Shown here: piece by piece, positions 38,789 through 48,490 of the stretch
How positions within the stretch are numbered: the stretch's first letter is position 1
How the letters are laid out: every line of letters starts with the position of its first letter
NCBI GenBank assembly: GCA_020726405.1
Contig: DYSB01000003.1
Span: forward strand, 1-54,066
DNA: 54,066 nucleotides
From: Acetofilamentum sp.
Lineage (GTDB): Bacteria; CAIWAD01
Direction: 5' to 3'
Position numbers and translations under genes: made by a program
Notes under the pieces: model-generated
Told to the model about the DNA's origin: nothing
Database searches by the model: none
What the model saw: only the letters and a program-made list of their open reading frames with translations

Positions 38789-41700
38789 GTGAGCCGATTC
38801 GATCCCATCCCGCCCAACGTGAGCTTCCCCGCCCTGGAACTGGAGACCCTCCGCTTCTGGGAGGAGCGCGGGATTTTCCGCCGCAGCCTGGAGCAGCGCG
38901 CCGAGGCTCCCGACTGGGTGTTCTACGACGGCCCTCCCGGCACCAACGGCTCGCCGCACATGGGCCACATGCTGCACTCGGCCCTCAAGGATCTCTGGCC
39001 GCGCTACAAGACCATGAAGGGCTACCGCGTGCTGCGCCGGGCCGGCTGGGACACCCACGGGCTGCCCGTTGAGCTGGCCACGGAGAAGGCGCTGGGCCTG
39101 GCCGACAAGAGCGAGATCCCGGGCTACGGCGTGGAGGCCTTCCAGGGCAAGTGCCGGGAGACTGTACAGCGTTTCAAGGCGGAGTGGGAGCAGAGCATCC
39201 GGCGCATCGGGCGCTTCCTGGATCTCGAGGACAGCTACGCCACGCTGACCCCGGACTACATCCAGAGCGACTGGTGGGTGATCCGGCAGATCTGGGACAA
39301 GGGCCTGCTCTACCGCGACGTGAAGATCATGCCCTATTGCGCGCGCTGCGGGACCAGCCTGTCCAACCACGAGGTGGCCCAGGGCTACAAGGACGTCACG
39401 GACCTGACGCTCACCGCGCGCTTCCGCCTGAAAGGCGAGGACTCCACCTACTTCCTGGCCTGGACCACCACGCCCTGGACCCTGTTGGGCAACGTGGCGC
39501 TGGCTCTGGGGCCGGAGGTGGAGTACGCCTTCGTCCGCCGCGGCGGCGACGTGTTGATCCTGGCCGTGGACCGGCTGGAGGCTGTCCTGGGCGCCGGTCC
39601 GCACGAGGTGCTGCGCCGGGTGCCCGGCCAGCAGCTCGATGGCCTGGAGTACGAGCCGCCCTGGGACTTCTTCCAAGGCCCGGACGCCGAAGGCCGCACG
39701 CCCCACTTGACCGTGGCCGACAGCTACGTCACCGCGGCGGATGGCACGGGCATCGTGCACCTGGCGCTCTACGGCGAGGACGACTTCCGGCTGATCCGGG
39801 CCAACAACCTGCCCCGCGTGCAGCACGTGGACGACACGGGCCACTTCACGCCGTCCTGCGGGGACTACGCCGGCCGCTACTTCAAGGCCCCGGGCCTGGA
39901 CGTGGAGATCATCCGCGACCTGGCCGCCCGCGGCCTGCTGCACGACAAGCACCGCCACGAGCACAGCTATCCGCACTGCTACAAGTGCGAGAATCCGCTC
40001 ATGTATCACGCCAAGCCGTCCTGGTTCATCCGGACCACGGCCGTGCGCGAGGACATGTTGCGGGCCAACCGCGAGATCAACTGGATCCCGGCCAGCGCGG
40101 GCGAAGGCCGCTTCGGCGCCTGGCTGGAGAACAATGTGGACTGGGCGGTCTCCCGGGAGCGCTACTGGGGCAGCCCGCTGCCCATCTGGACCTGCGAGGA
40201 GGCCGACGGCTGCGGACACAAGCTCTGCGTGGAGAGCCTGGCCGACCTGCAGGCCCACTGCGCCGAACCCATCGGGGCGGACTTCGACCCGCACATCCCG
40301 TGGATCGATGCGCTGGCCGTCACTTGCCCGACCTGCGGCCGGCCCATGAAGCGCGAGCCCTACGTGCTGGACTGCTGGTTCAACGCCGGCCTGATGCCCT
40401 GGGGCCAGTTCGGCTACCCGGCCACGCCGGGCTCCCGCGAGCGCTTCGCCAGCCAGTACCCGGCGGACTTCATCAGCGAGGGCCTGGACCAGACCCGCGG
40501 CTGGTTCTACACCATGCTGGCCGTCTCCACGATCCTCACCGGCACCAGCAGCTACCGCAACGTGATCTGCACGGGCCTGGTGGGCGACAAGGACGGCCGC
40601 AAGATGTCCAAGACGCTGGGGAACGTGATCCACCCGGCGGCGGTCATCGAGGCCTATGGCGCCGACGCCGTGCGCTGGACCTTCTACAACAGCCATCCCT
40701 GGAACTCCAAGCGCTATAGCGAGGAGGTGATCCGGGACGCCGTGAAGGAGATCCTGCTGCCCTACTGGAACATCTACGCCTTCTTCACAACCTACGCCAA
40801 CCTGGACGGCTGGACGCCGGACACCGGGTTGTCGGAGCCCAGGAGCGAGCTGGACCGCTGGATCCTCTCCGCCACGGAGCGGCTCAATGAGCGGGTAAGC
40901 ACGGCCCTCGACGCCTTCGATGTGTTCACGGCCAGCGAGGCCATCGTGGACCACCTGGACGAGCTGTCCAACTGGTACATCCGCCGCAGCCGGGCCCGCT
41001 TCTGGAAGAGCGAGGACGACGACGACAAGCGCCGGGCCTACGACACGCTCTACCGCTGCCTGGGCGACCTGACCCGCATGCTGGCGCCCTTCCTGCCCTT
41101 CGTGACGGAGCACGTGCACCAGCACCTGCTGCGCCTGGCGGAGCCCGGGCTGCCGGAGTCCGTCCACCTTTGCGACTGGCCGGTCCTGGAGCAGGGGTGG
41201 CGCGACTCGCTGCTGGAGCGGGAGATGGATCTGGTCTACCACGCGGTGAAACTGGGCCGCACGCTGCGTTCCCAGCACCAGATCAAGACCCGCCAGCCGC
41301 TGGCCAAGATGCTGGTGGTGGTGGGCCGCGAGGAGGACGACGGCTGCCTGCGCCGGATGGCCGAGCTGATCCGCGAGGAGCTCAACGTGCGCGACATCGA
41401 GATCAGCCGCGACGAGCACGAGCTGGTGGAGATCACGGTGAAGCCCAATTTCCGCACGCTGGGCAAACGTTTCGGCGGGTCCATGAAGGAGGCCGCCGAG
41501 ATCATCGGGGCCTGGGGCACGGCGGAGATCAGCGAGCTGGAGCACGGCCAGATGCTGGACGTGCTGGGCCAGGAGGTGCGGTTGGAGGACCTGCTGATCC
41601 AACGCACGGAGCGCGAGGGTCTGAAGGTCATCACCGAGCACGGCTTCACCATCGCGCTGGACACGGAACTGACCCCGGATCTGCTGCTGGAGGGTCTGGC

Positions 41701-41950
41701 CCGGGAACTGATCAACCGCGTGCAGAACCTGCGCAAGGAGAGCGGGCTGGCGATCAGCGACCGCATCGAGCTGCTGCTCCTGGACGGCCCGGAACTGCGC
41801 GAATTGCTGGAGGTCCACGGGGAGCGGGTGGCCCGGGAAACCCTGGCCGTGGACATCCGGCTCGTCAATGACGATACTCAGGAGCAGCTCAAAGACGTTA
41901 CGTTGAACGAGGTGCGCACCGCCGTGGGCTTGCGAAGGGCGGAGCGCTGA
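38789..41950 (+). CDS. ileS: Isoleucine--tRNA ligase, type 2 (eukaryote/archaea-like)
   Basis: DGPPGTNGSPHMGH, GWDTHGLP, WTTTPWTL, DQTRGWFY, KMSKT; no C-terminal zinc finger. Confidence 0.95.
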   Translation: MSRFDPIPPNVSFPALELETLRFWEERGIFRRSLEQRAEAPDWVFYDGPPGTNGSPHMGHMLHSALKDLWPRYKTMKGYRVLRRAGWDTHGLPVELATEKALGLADKSEIPGYGVEAFQGKCRETVQRFKAEWEQSIRRIGRFLDLEDSYATLTPDYIQSDWWVIRQIWDKGLLYRDVKIMPYCARCGTSLSNHEVAQGYKDVTDLTLTARFRLKGEDSTYFLAWTTTPWTLLGNVALALGPEVEYAFVRRGGDVLILAVDRLEAVLGAGPHEVLRRVPGQQLDGLEYEPPWDFFQGPDAEGRTPHLTVADSYVTAADGTGIVHLALYGEDDFRLIRANNLPRVQHVDDTGHFTPSCGDYAGRYFKAPGLDVEIIRDLAARGLLHDKHRHEHSYPHCYKCENPLMYHAKPSWFIRTTAVREDMLRANREINWIPASAGEGRFGAWLENNVDWAVSRERYWGSPLPIWTCEEADGCGHKLCVESLADLQAHCAEPIGADFDPHIPWIDALAVTCPTCGRPMKREPYVLDCWFNAGLMPWGQFGYPATPGSRERFASQYPADFISEGLDQTRGWFYTMLAVSTILTGTSSYRNVICTGLVGDKDGRKMSKTLGNVIHPAAVIEAYGADAVRWTFYNSHPWNSKRYSEEVIRDAVKEILLPYWNIYAFFTTYANLDGWTPDTGLSEPRSELDRWILSATERLNERVSTALDAFDVFTASEAIVDHLDELSNWYIRRSRARFWKSEDDDDKRRAYDTLYRCLGDLTRMLAPFLPFVTEHVHQHLLRLAEPGLPESVHLCDWPVLEQGWRDSLLEREMDLVYHAVKLGRTLRSQHQIKTRQPLAKMLVVVGREEDDGCLRRMAELIREELNVRDIEISRDEHELVEITVKPNFRTLGKRFGGSMKEAAEIIGAWGTAEISELEHGQMLDVLGQEVRLEDLLIQRTEREGLKVITEHGFTIALDTELTPDLLLEGLARELINRVQNLRKESGLAISDRIELLLLDGPELRELLEVHGERVARETLAVDIRLVNDDTQEQLKDVTLNEVRTAVGLRRAER

Positions 41951-41981
41951 GGGTGGGTTGCCGGCAGGCGACAGGGAGGGT

Positions 41982-42365
41982 ATGATGTCCCAGAACCAGT
42001 ATTACACGACGGAGCAGCTCGAGGCCTTCCGGGAGATCCTGCTGGAGAAGCGTCGGGAAGCGCTGGAGGAATTGGACTACTGCAAGAAGGAGCTGGAGGA
42101 GGGTCTCTCCCAGGCCTCCGGCGACACCAGCACCTATTCCTTCCACATGGCCGACCAGGGCACGGACGCCCAGGAGCAGGAGAAGACCTTCATGTTCGCC
42201 TCGCGCCAGGGGAAGTTCCTGCAAACCGTGGATGCCGCCCTGGAACGCATCGAGAAAGGCCGCTACGGGGTCTGCTCCGTCTGCAGCGGCAAGATCGACG
42301 AAGGCCGCCTGCGCATCGTGCCCACTGCCAAACTCTGCATCAATTGCAAATCCCCGGAAGAATAG
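41982..42365 (+). CDS. dksA: TraR/DksA C4-type zinc finger protein
   Basis: HMADQGTD, ALERIEKGRYGVCSVC...RL..P.AKLCINC. Confidence 0.85.
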   Translation: MMSQNQYYTTEQLEAFREILLEKRREALEELDYCKKELEEGLSQASGDTSTYSFHMADQGTDAQEQEKTFMFASRQGKFLQTVDAALERIEKGRYGVCSVCSGKIDEGRLRIVPTAKLCINCKSPEE

Positions 42366-42378
42366 TCGGAGTCGTCCC

Positions 42379-42945
42379 ATCACACGCAGTCGAGCCCTTT
42401 GGATCCTTGGTGGCTGTTTCGTCAGCGACCAGCTTCTCAAGCTGGCCGTGCGCTCCTCCCTGTCCCCCGGGGAATCCGTCCGCGTGCTGGGGGAATTCCT
42501 GCGCCTCAGCCATGTGGAAAACCGCGCCGGCGTGATGGGCATCTCGCTACTGCCCATGTGGGTGCTCACGCTGCTCAGCCTGCCCGCCGTGCTGTTCATG
42601 GGCTGGTGGCTCTGGCGCCAGCTGCCCTCGCAGAGCTGGCTGGCCCGCCTGCTGCCCTGGATCCTGGGCGGCGCCGCGGGCAACCTCTGGGACCGCGTGG
42701 TGCGACACCGGGTCACCGACATGTTCGACGTGAACATCCCCGACCTGCACGTGCCGGCCTTCCAACTGCTGGGTCTGCGCTTCGACGGCCTCTTCCTGGA
42801 ACGCTGGTGGGTCTTCAACCTGGCGGACAGCTTCATCTTCGTCTGCATGATCTGGCTGCTGATCCTGGGCTTCACGGGCCGTCTGGAAGACGAACCGGCC
42901 GCCGCGCCGGACTCGGCAGGGCCCGCGGACGGGAGTCAGGGGTGA
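42379..42945 (+). CDS. lspA: Lipoprotein signal peptidase (start uncertain, probably ATC)
   Basis: DQLLK, ENRAG, GGAAGNLWDR, VTDMF, VFNLADS. Confidence 0.88.
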   Translation: MTRSRALWILGGCFVSDQLLKLAVRSSLSPGESVRVLGEFLRLSHVENRAGVMGISLLPMWVLTLLSLPAVLFMGWWLWRQLPSQSWLARLLPWILGGAAGNLWDRVVRHRVTDMFDVNIPDLHVPAFQLLGLRFDGLFLERWWVFNLADSFIFVCMIWLLILGFTGRLEDEPAAAPDSAGPADGSQG

Positions 42946-44132
42946 GCCCGCGAGGCCGGGCATCCTTCGTGCGCTACGTTGGTCCGGGCAGTGCCCCCGC
43001 CCAGCCGGATGAGAATCCAGTGGAAGAGATCCGCCTGACCATCGGCGCCAACCAGAGCCCGGAGCGCGTGGATCTTTGGCTGGCCCGCCAGATCCGCTTT
43101 GTCTCACGGACCTTCATCCAGCACATCATCGAGGAGGGCATGGTCCTGGCGGACGGCCAGCCCGTCGCCAAGCCCAGCCAACGCATCGGCCCGGGGGACG
43201 AGCTAGTGGTGCGCGTGCCGCGGCGGCCGCGGCCGCAGATCCTGGCCGAGGACATCCCGCTCAGCGTCGTGCACGAGGACGAGCACCTGATGGTGATCGA
43301 CAAACCCGCGGGCATGGTGGTGCATCCGGCGCGGGGCAATTTCAGTGGCACGCTGGTCAACGCGCTGATGAACTACCTCGACGACCTGCCCGAGGAGGCC
43401 GGCGAGGAGTTTCGCCCGGGCATCGTCCACCGGCTGGACCGTGACACCACCGGGCTGATGGTGATCGGCAAGACGCCCGAGGCCGTGCGCGAGCTGAGCC
43501 GCATGTTTCACGACCGGGAGATCCACCGCATCTACCGGGCGTTGGTCTGGGGAAGTCCGCGCCAGTTGCAGGGCACGGTGACCACGGGCATCGGGCGGGA
43601 TCCGCGGGATAGGCTGAAGATGGCCGTGCTCTCGGAGCCTCTGGGCCGCCACGCCGTGACACATTACAAGACCACGGCGCGCTTCGATTTCCTGTCCCTG
43701 CTGGAACTGAAACTGGAGACCGGGCGCACGCACCAGATCCGTGTCCACTTGCTGCACCTGGGGCACCCGGTCTTCGGCGACACGGACTACGGCGGCCGTG
43801 ACCCGCGCCGGGCCGGGTTCACGGGGGACCGCCAGAGCCGGGCCCATCGCTACTTGGACCTGATCCAGCGCCAGGCCCTGCACAGCTGGCGGATGGGTTT
43901 CCGGCATCCCGTCAGCGGGCTGGAACTGGAATTCGAAGCCCCCTTGCCGCCGGACATGGCCGCCGTGTTGCGGGGCGAATCTCTGCAGGCCGGCCACGTG
44001 CCGGTCTCCTCAAGCTCGGCCTGGACCTGGGCGGAAGGCCATCACGGCCTGCCCGATTCCGGCCGGACCCCGCTGCCGGACCCGGAACGGCCCAGCGAGA
44101 ATCGCATCCGGGCGCGCCGTGGCCGCGTGTGA
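42942..44132 (+). CDS. rluD: RluA/RluD family pseudouridine synthase with S4 domain (alternative start 43020)
   Basis: DKPAGMVVHP, GIVHRLDRDTTG, ETGRTHQIRVH, QALH. Confidence 0.92.
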   Translation: MSPRGRASFVRYVGPGSAPAQPDENPVEEIRLTIGANQSPERVDLWLARQIRFVSRTFIQHIIEEGMVLADGQPVAKPSQRIGPGDELVVRVPRRPRPQILAEDIPLSVVHEDEHLMVIDKPAGMVVHPARGNFSGTLVNALMNYLDDLPEEAGEEFRPGIVHRLDRDTTGLMVIGKTPEAVRELSRMFHDREIHRIYRALVWGSPRQLQGTVTTGIGRDPRDRLKMAVLSEPLGRHAVTHYKTTARFDFLSLLELKLETGRTHQIRVHLLHLGHPVFGDTDYGGRDPRRAGFTGDRQSRAHRYLDLIQRQALHSWRMGFRHPVSGLELEFEAPLPPDMAAVLRGESLQAGHVPVSSSSAWTWAEGHHGLPDSGRTPLPDPERPSENRIRARRGRV

Positions 44133-44217
44133 GCCGCACGCCGCGCGCCCCACGGCCCGCGGCACCCATTTTGTCGGCCCGGAGATCCCGCGGCCACCCA
44201 TTGGAAGGAACCCAACC

Positions 44218-44988
44218 ATGAACTTGAACCAGCGCAACCTGGCCCTCTACATCGACTTCGACAACATCGCCATCGGCTTCAAATCCAAGAATGGCGCCAA
44301 GCTGGACATCCGCATGGTGCTTAACCGCCTGCTGGAGAAGGGGCGGATCATCACCAAGCGCGCCTACGCCGACTGGCACTTCTACAGCAAGTACAAGGAC
44401 GAGCTGCACGCCCATGGCATCGAGCTGATCGAGATCCCCAAGCGCAGCATGACGGGCAAGAACAGCGCGGACATCCGCCTGGTGGTGGACGCCATCGACC
44501 TTTGTCACACGAACCCGCACATCGACACCTTCGTGATCTTCTCCGGCGACAGCGACTTCAGCCCGCTGGTGAGCAAGCTGCGGGAGAACAACAAGACCAT
44601 CATCGGCGTGGGCATGCGCGAGAGCAGCTCCAACCTGCTGGTGGACAACTGCGACGAGTTCCTGTTCTACGAGAACCTGGGCGCCGAGGTGCAGCGCCAG
44701 GAGAGCACGCTGGGCAAGACCATCCCCAAGGACAAGCTGCCCAGCATGAAGCAGCTGGTCTCCGCCGTCAACGCCCTGCTGCGGGAGGACACGGAGGTCC
44801 TGCTGGCCAGCCTGGTCAAGGATACGATCAAGCGCAAGAACCCCTCCTTCAGCGAGAGCAGCCTGGGCTACGCCAACTTCGGCGAGTTCCTGGAGGACGC
44901 GGCGCGCTTCGACATCCTGGAGGTCACCCGCGACAAGACCCGCGGCGGCACCTGGGTGGTGACCAAGCTCAAGGGACTTACCAAGTAG
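44218..44988 (+). CDS. NYN (LabA/DUF88) domain protein with C-terminal OST-HTH/LOTUS
   Basis: YIDFDN, KNSADIRLVVDAID, SGDSDFSPLV, KRKNPSFSESSLGYANF. Confidence 0.9.
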   Translation: MNLNQRNLALYIDFDNIAIGFKSKNGAKLDIRMVLNRLLEKGRIITKRAYADWHFYSKYKDELHAHGIELIEIPKRSMTGKNSADIRLVVDAIDLCHTNPHIDTFVIFSGDSDFSPLVSKLRENNKTIIGVGMRESSSNLLVDNCDEFLFYENLGAEVQRQESTLGKTIPKDKLPSMKQLVSAVNALLREDTEVLLASLVKDTIKRKNPSFSESSLGYANFGEFLEDAARFDILEVTRDKTRGGTWVVTKLKGLTK

Positions 44989-45001
44989 TTTTCGGACAGG
45001 T

Positions 45002-45219
45002 CACGAAGAGCACGAAGGCAGGGGAAGAGCACGGAGATGGTTTGGGACTGTCAGCGCGCGCTGAGTCCTCCACAATTCTCTCTTCGGGTCCTTCTCGAGT
45101 CTTCGTGCCCTTCGTGTCCATGTGTGAGTGTGACACAGAAAGGGGGGACTGCCACCGCGCGGCGACAGTCCCCTTTTCAAGTGTCTTCGTGTCCTTCTCC
45201 GGCCTTCGTGATCTTCGTG
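45002..45219. repeat. Composite CACGAAG-type inverted-repeat element between convergent genes
   Basis: CACGAAGAGCACGAAGG left arm; CTTCGTGCCCTTCGTG and CCTTCGTGATCTTCGTG right arms. Confidence 0.7.
45139..45177. terminator. Probable bidirectional terminator
   Basis: AAAGGGGGGACTG...CAGTCCCCTTTT. Confidence 0.7.
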
Positions 45220-45246
45220 TCCAAGTGGAAAAATCCCGCGAGAGAT

Positions 45247-46686
45247 TTAGCGCAGCTGGAAGACGGTCTCCACCAGGAAGGTGCGGTCGCTTTCGGCGTC
45301 GCCGTGGATCTCGCCGTCGCCGTCGCGGTCGGCGTAGGTGGTGCGCCAGTCCAGGCGCATCACGGCGCCGGGCGCCAGCTCGTAGCCGATGCGGTAGCCG
45401 TGGATGGTCTGCGGCGTCTTCAGGTCGAAGAGTGACTCGGCGCCCACCTGGGTGTAGTAGGCGGACAGCTCCTTGAGCTTGGGCACCTTGGCCATGTTCA
45501 GGCCGGCGTCCGCCCAGAGGCTGTTCCAGTCGTCCACGCTGCCGTCGTCGGGCTTCATGGTGTTCCAGGCGACGTTGGCCGTGATGATGTTGAAGAGCGA
45601 AAGGCGCGCGTCGGCGTAGAGACCCTTCATGGCCGGCGCGTTCTTCAGCATCTCCTCCTTGGTGAACAGGCTGTCAACGAAGAGCTGGGTGCGCTCCACG
45701 TCATAAGTGCGATTGAAGAAATCGCCGATGAACTGCTCGCCCCAGACCCGGTACTCGGCGCCCGCGGTGAGCCAGTTGAAAGGCCGCCAGGAGACGCCCG
45801 GCGCCCAGCCGCTGCCGTAGCCCGTGAACTTGGCCACCTGGAAGTAGGCGTCCAGCTTGGGCAGGAGCTCGTAGCTCACATCCGCGCCCATGGCCTGCAG
45901 ACTCTCCTCGGCCTTGCTGTAGTCGATGGGCGGCTGGGTCAGCCACTCGTCGCCCGGATAGCCGGCGGATTGGCGCATACGCTCCCAGAGGTCGGGGTTC
46001 GAGGCCAGTTCCGTCTGCAGCTCGTGCCAGGTGTCGTACTCCGCGCCGTCGTCGTGATCCAGATAGCGGTCCAGCTGGTCGGGCACGTGGTCGTCGTCGG
46101 CGTCGGCCATCCCGGCGTAGAGGTTGCCGTCCTGCACGAAGGAGGCGCCCACCCGCAGTTTGCCGATCACCGGATAGCTGGCGCGCAGGCCCAGCAGGCC
46201 CGGGCTGTCCAGCTCGCGGAAGTTGGCCAGGAAGCCCTCGATCTGCGGCTTGCCGATGCGGATGTCGAACTCGCCGCCCACCCGGCGGATGGACGGGTAC
46301 TGCACGCTGTTGGCGTAGTGGCGCACCAGCATGCCGTAGCCCAGGGTCACGTCGTCCAGGGAGCCGGCCTTGAGGTAGAGTGGGTCGCCTTTATGCGCCC
46401 AGCGCAGGTAGTAGATCTTGTCGATCAGGTCCTTGCCCTCGTCCCAGTCCGACTTGCGGATCTTGCCGTCCTGATCGAAGAAAAGGGTCAGGTCCAGGGC
46501 GATGCCCAGCTTGCCGATGGGGATCTCGGGGCGCAGGGCGATCTGGGTCCAGGTCTGGCCGTCCATGGTGACGGCGCCGATTCCCATGGCCGCGCCCCAG
46601 GAATCGCCCGCCGGAGCCGGCGCGGCGTCCTGGGCCAGCAGGGGCAGGACCCCGCCGAGCAGCGGAAGCAACCAAGTGTGTCTCAT
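45247..46686 (-). CDS. Hypothetical exported protein, probable outer-membrane beta-barrel with acidic insertions
   Basis: Signal peptide MRHTWLLPLLGGVLPLLAQD; alternating beta strands; DADDDHVPDQLD and DRDGDGEI motifs. Confidence 0.65.
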   Translation of the reverse strand: MRHTWLLPLLGGVLPLLAQDAAPAPAGDSWGAAMGIGAVTMDGQTWTQIALRPEIPIGKLGIALDLTLFFDQDGKIRKSDWDEGKDLIDKIYYLRWAHKGDPLYLKAGSLDDVTLGYGMLVRHYANSVQYPSIRRVGGEFDIRIGKPQIEGFLANFRELDSPGLLGLRASYPVIGKLRVGASFVQDGNLYAGMADADDDHVPDQLDRYLDHDDGAEYDTWHELQTELASNPDLWERMRQSAGYPGDEWLTQPPIDYSKAEESLQAMGADVSYELLPKLDAYFQVAKFTGYGSGWAPGVSWRPFNWLTAGAEYRVWGEQFIGDFFNRTYDVERTQLFVDSLFTKEEMLKNAPAMKGLYADARLSLFNIITANVAWNTMKPDDGSVDDWNSLWADAGLNMAKVPKLKELSAYYTQVGAESLFDLKTPQTIHGYRIGYELAPGAVMRLDWRTTYADRDGDGEIHGDAESDRTFLVETVFQLR

Positions 46687-46906
46687 TGTGGCCTCGCGAT
46701 TTATCCGCCTTGTGTGTGGCGGTCGGCAAGATACCTCACGCCCGACGCAATGCGAAGCCGCGTGGATCGCTGCACTGTGGGGGAACAGGTGGCGCCGGGG
46801 AGGGCGGAGAAAAACGCAACCTGCCGCAGGAGCAGCCACCTTGGGGAAGGGACCGTTCGCGCGGCAGGTCACGGGTGTCACATCAATTCGGGTCGAAGGG
46901 GTCTTG

Positions 46907-47221
46907 TCAGAAGCTGATGTTCCAGAGGCGGTCCATCAGGCGCTCGCTGATCTGCTCGGCCAGCTCGCGCTGGAAGTAGCGGCCCTCGTCCACCTTGGCG
47001 AAGATTTCCACCAGGCGGCTGTCCTTCTCTTGGTCCAGCAGGGGCTGCTGCTTGGCGCGGGGGTTCACCGGGATGCGCACCAAGTGGCGCAGGTCGTCCC
47101 GTTCCTGCCGCACGGCCTGCAGCCGGGCTTCCAGGGTGCGCTTCTGCAGTTTGAATCGGCGCAGGGTGCTGGACAATTGCTGGGAGTCGGTCGTCGTGGG
47201 CGAGGGCGTGATGCGGACCAT
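46907..47221 (-). CDS. Small coiled-coil protein with FlgM (anti-sigma-28)-like C-terminus
   Basis: RLVEIFAKVDEGRYF..ELAEQISERLM resembles the FlgM V..IK..I..G.Y.....IA..L pattern; AGGAGG RBS. Confidence 0.5.
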   Translation of the reverse strand: MVRITPSPTTTDSQQLSSTLRRFKLQKRTLEARLQAVRQERDDLRHLVRIPVNPRAKQQPLLDQEKDSRLVEIFAKVDEGRYFQRELAEQISERLMDRLWNISF

Positions 47222-47255
47222 TTTTCCTCCTGCTGCTTTGGCGAAGAACCGTTAG

Positions 47256-47271
47256 TGCAAGGTCCATGCCA
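47256..47271 (-). promoter_or_regulatory. Sigma-54 (-24/-12) promoter
   Basis: TGGCATGGACCTTGCA versus consensus TGGCACG-N4-TTGCW; correct spacing; 35 bp before the ATG at 47221. Confidence 0.75.
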
Positions 47272-47558
47272 GCAATTCGAAACTTCGGAAGTTCGGGGGT
47301 TGCTGGAGTGCCAAGTGCAAGGGGAATAACAAGATCGCCACATCTCCGCCTCACCTCCCGCTGGCCCGCTTGCCGTGTCCCCCGGCTCCGCTCCCGCCCG
47401 CTCCCCGGGAGTGACACCCAGGCGTAGCAGCCCAGCCCCGAAATGCGGTCATCCCTGCCGCCCCGGCCCGCGGGGCCCGCGCGGACGACTGAACGCGGCC
47501 CCCCCGCTTGCCGATCACTACGTTGCGGCCCGGGCTGATCTCCATCCACGGAAGGACG

Positions 47559-48446
47559 ATGGGCGAACCCTTTCGCGACTACTATCAATTGTTGGGTGTG
47601 GAGGCCTTCGCCGGCGTGGAGGAGCTGAAGCGCGCCTGGCATCGGCTGGCCAAGCAGCTCCATCCGGACCGCAACCCGGAGGATCCGCTGACCGAGCAGC
47701 GCTTCAAACAGGTGCAGGCGGCTTATCGCACTCTGACGGAGCCGGAGTTGCGCGTGCGCTACGACGAGATCTACTCGCGGCGCAGTCGGCGCGCCCGGCC
47801 CACCACGCCTCCGCCCAAGCGCGGCCAGGCGGACAACCCGGCGGGCCCGCGCCCCGGGATGGGCAGTCCGCCGCCTCCGCCGCCGGAGGAGCGCGCCCGG
47901 CCCCGGGAGACCCTGCGGCCCCAGCCCGGCGCGGATCTGCGGATAGTGGTCCAGCTGCCGCTGGAGCGCTTCAACGGTGGCGGACGGCTGAGCATCCAGC
48001 CGCTGGGCCAGTCGCCGTTCGAGCTCACGCTGCCCCTGAGCCTGCTGGTGGGCGACGAACTGGTGGTCCCCGGCCGGGGGTCTCCCGGTCTTCACGGCGG
48101 CGCGCCTGGCCGCCTGATCGTGGAGATCCGGCCCCAGCTGCCCGAGGGTTGCCGGCTGGAAGGCACGGACCTGGTGCTGGAACTGGAATTGGACGCCCTG
48201 CTGCTGATGACGGGCGGCACGGCCCGACTCAAGCACCCGGTCGGCCGAAACCTGGAACTGCGGCTGCCCGCGGGCGTCCAGGTGGGGCAGCGGCTGCGCC
48301 TGCGCGGCCAGGGACTGCAAGACCGGCAGGGCCGGGGGGATCTGGTGGTGGAATTGAAAGTGCTGATCCGCCCGGCCACGGGCTTCCGCACGCGGCGGCT
48401 GGCGGAAAAACTGCGGCGGCTGCTGGACGACGGGACGGAGGATTGA
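47559..48446 (+). CDS. DnaJ/CbpA-like J-domain protein lacking the zinc finger
   Basis: DYYQLLGV, HPDRNP, FKQVQAAY; DnaJ C-terminal LRLRGQG...GDLVV. Confidence 0.85.
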   Translation: MGEPFRDYYQLLGVEAFAGVEELKRAWHRLAKQLHPDRNPEDPLTEQRFKQVQAAYRTLTEPELRVRYDEIYSRRSRRARPTTPPPKRGQADNPAGPRPGMGSPPPPPPEERARPRETLRPQPGADLRIVVQLPLERFNGGGRLSIQPLGQSPFELTLPLSLLVGDELVVPGRGSPGLHGGAPGRLIVEIRPQLPEGCRLEGTDLVLELELDALLLMTGGTARLKHPVGRNLELRLPAGVQVGQRLRLRGQGLQDRQGRGDLVVELKVLIRPATGFRTRRLAEKLRRLLDDGTED

Positions 48447-48490
48447 TCGGCCATACTCGGCCGACCATCACCGGAATCGTCGCCGACGGC

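Noticed and set aside
38486-41818. Very long antisense/alternative-frame ORFs (also 1273-3711, 10009-11868, 12674-14743, 26021-27970, 31918-33621)
   Set aside because: Shadow ORFs expected from high-GC codon bias opposite well-supported genes; no recognisable motifs.
44218-44988. NYN-LOTUS protein as a toxin or defence system
   Set aside because: Common stand-alone LabA/DUF88 architecture with no antitoxin or defence neighbours.
47306-47314. CIRCE (HrcA) operator upstream of the dnaJ-like gene
   Set aside because: Only one arm (GAGTGCCAA); no matching arm at the 9-bp spacing.
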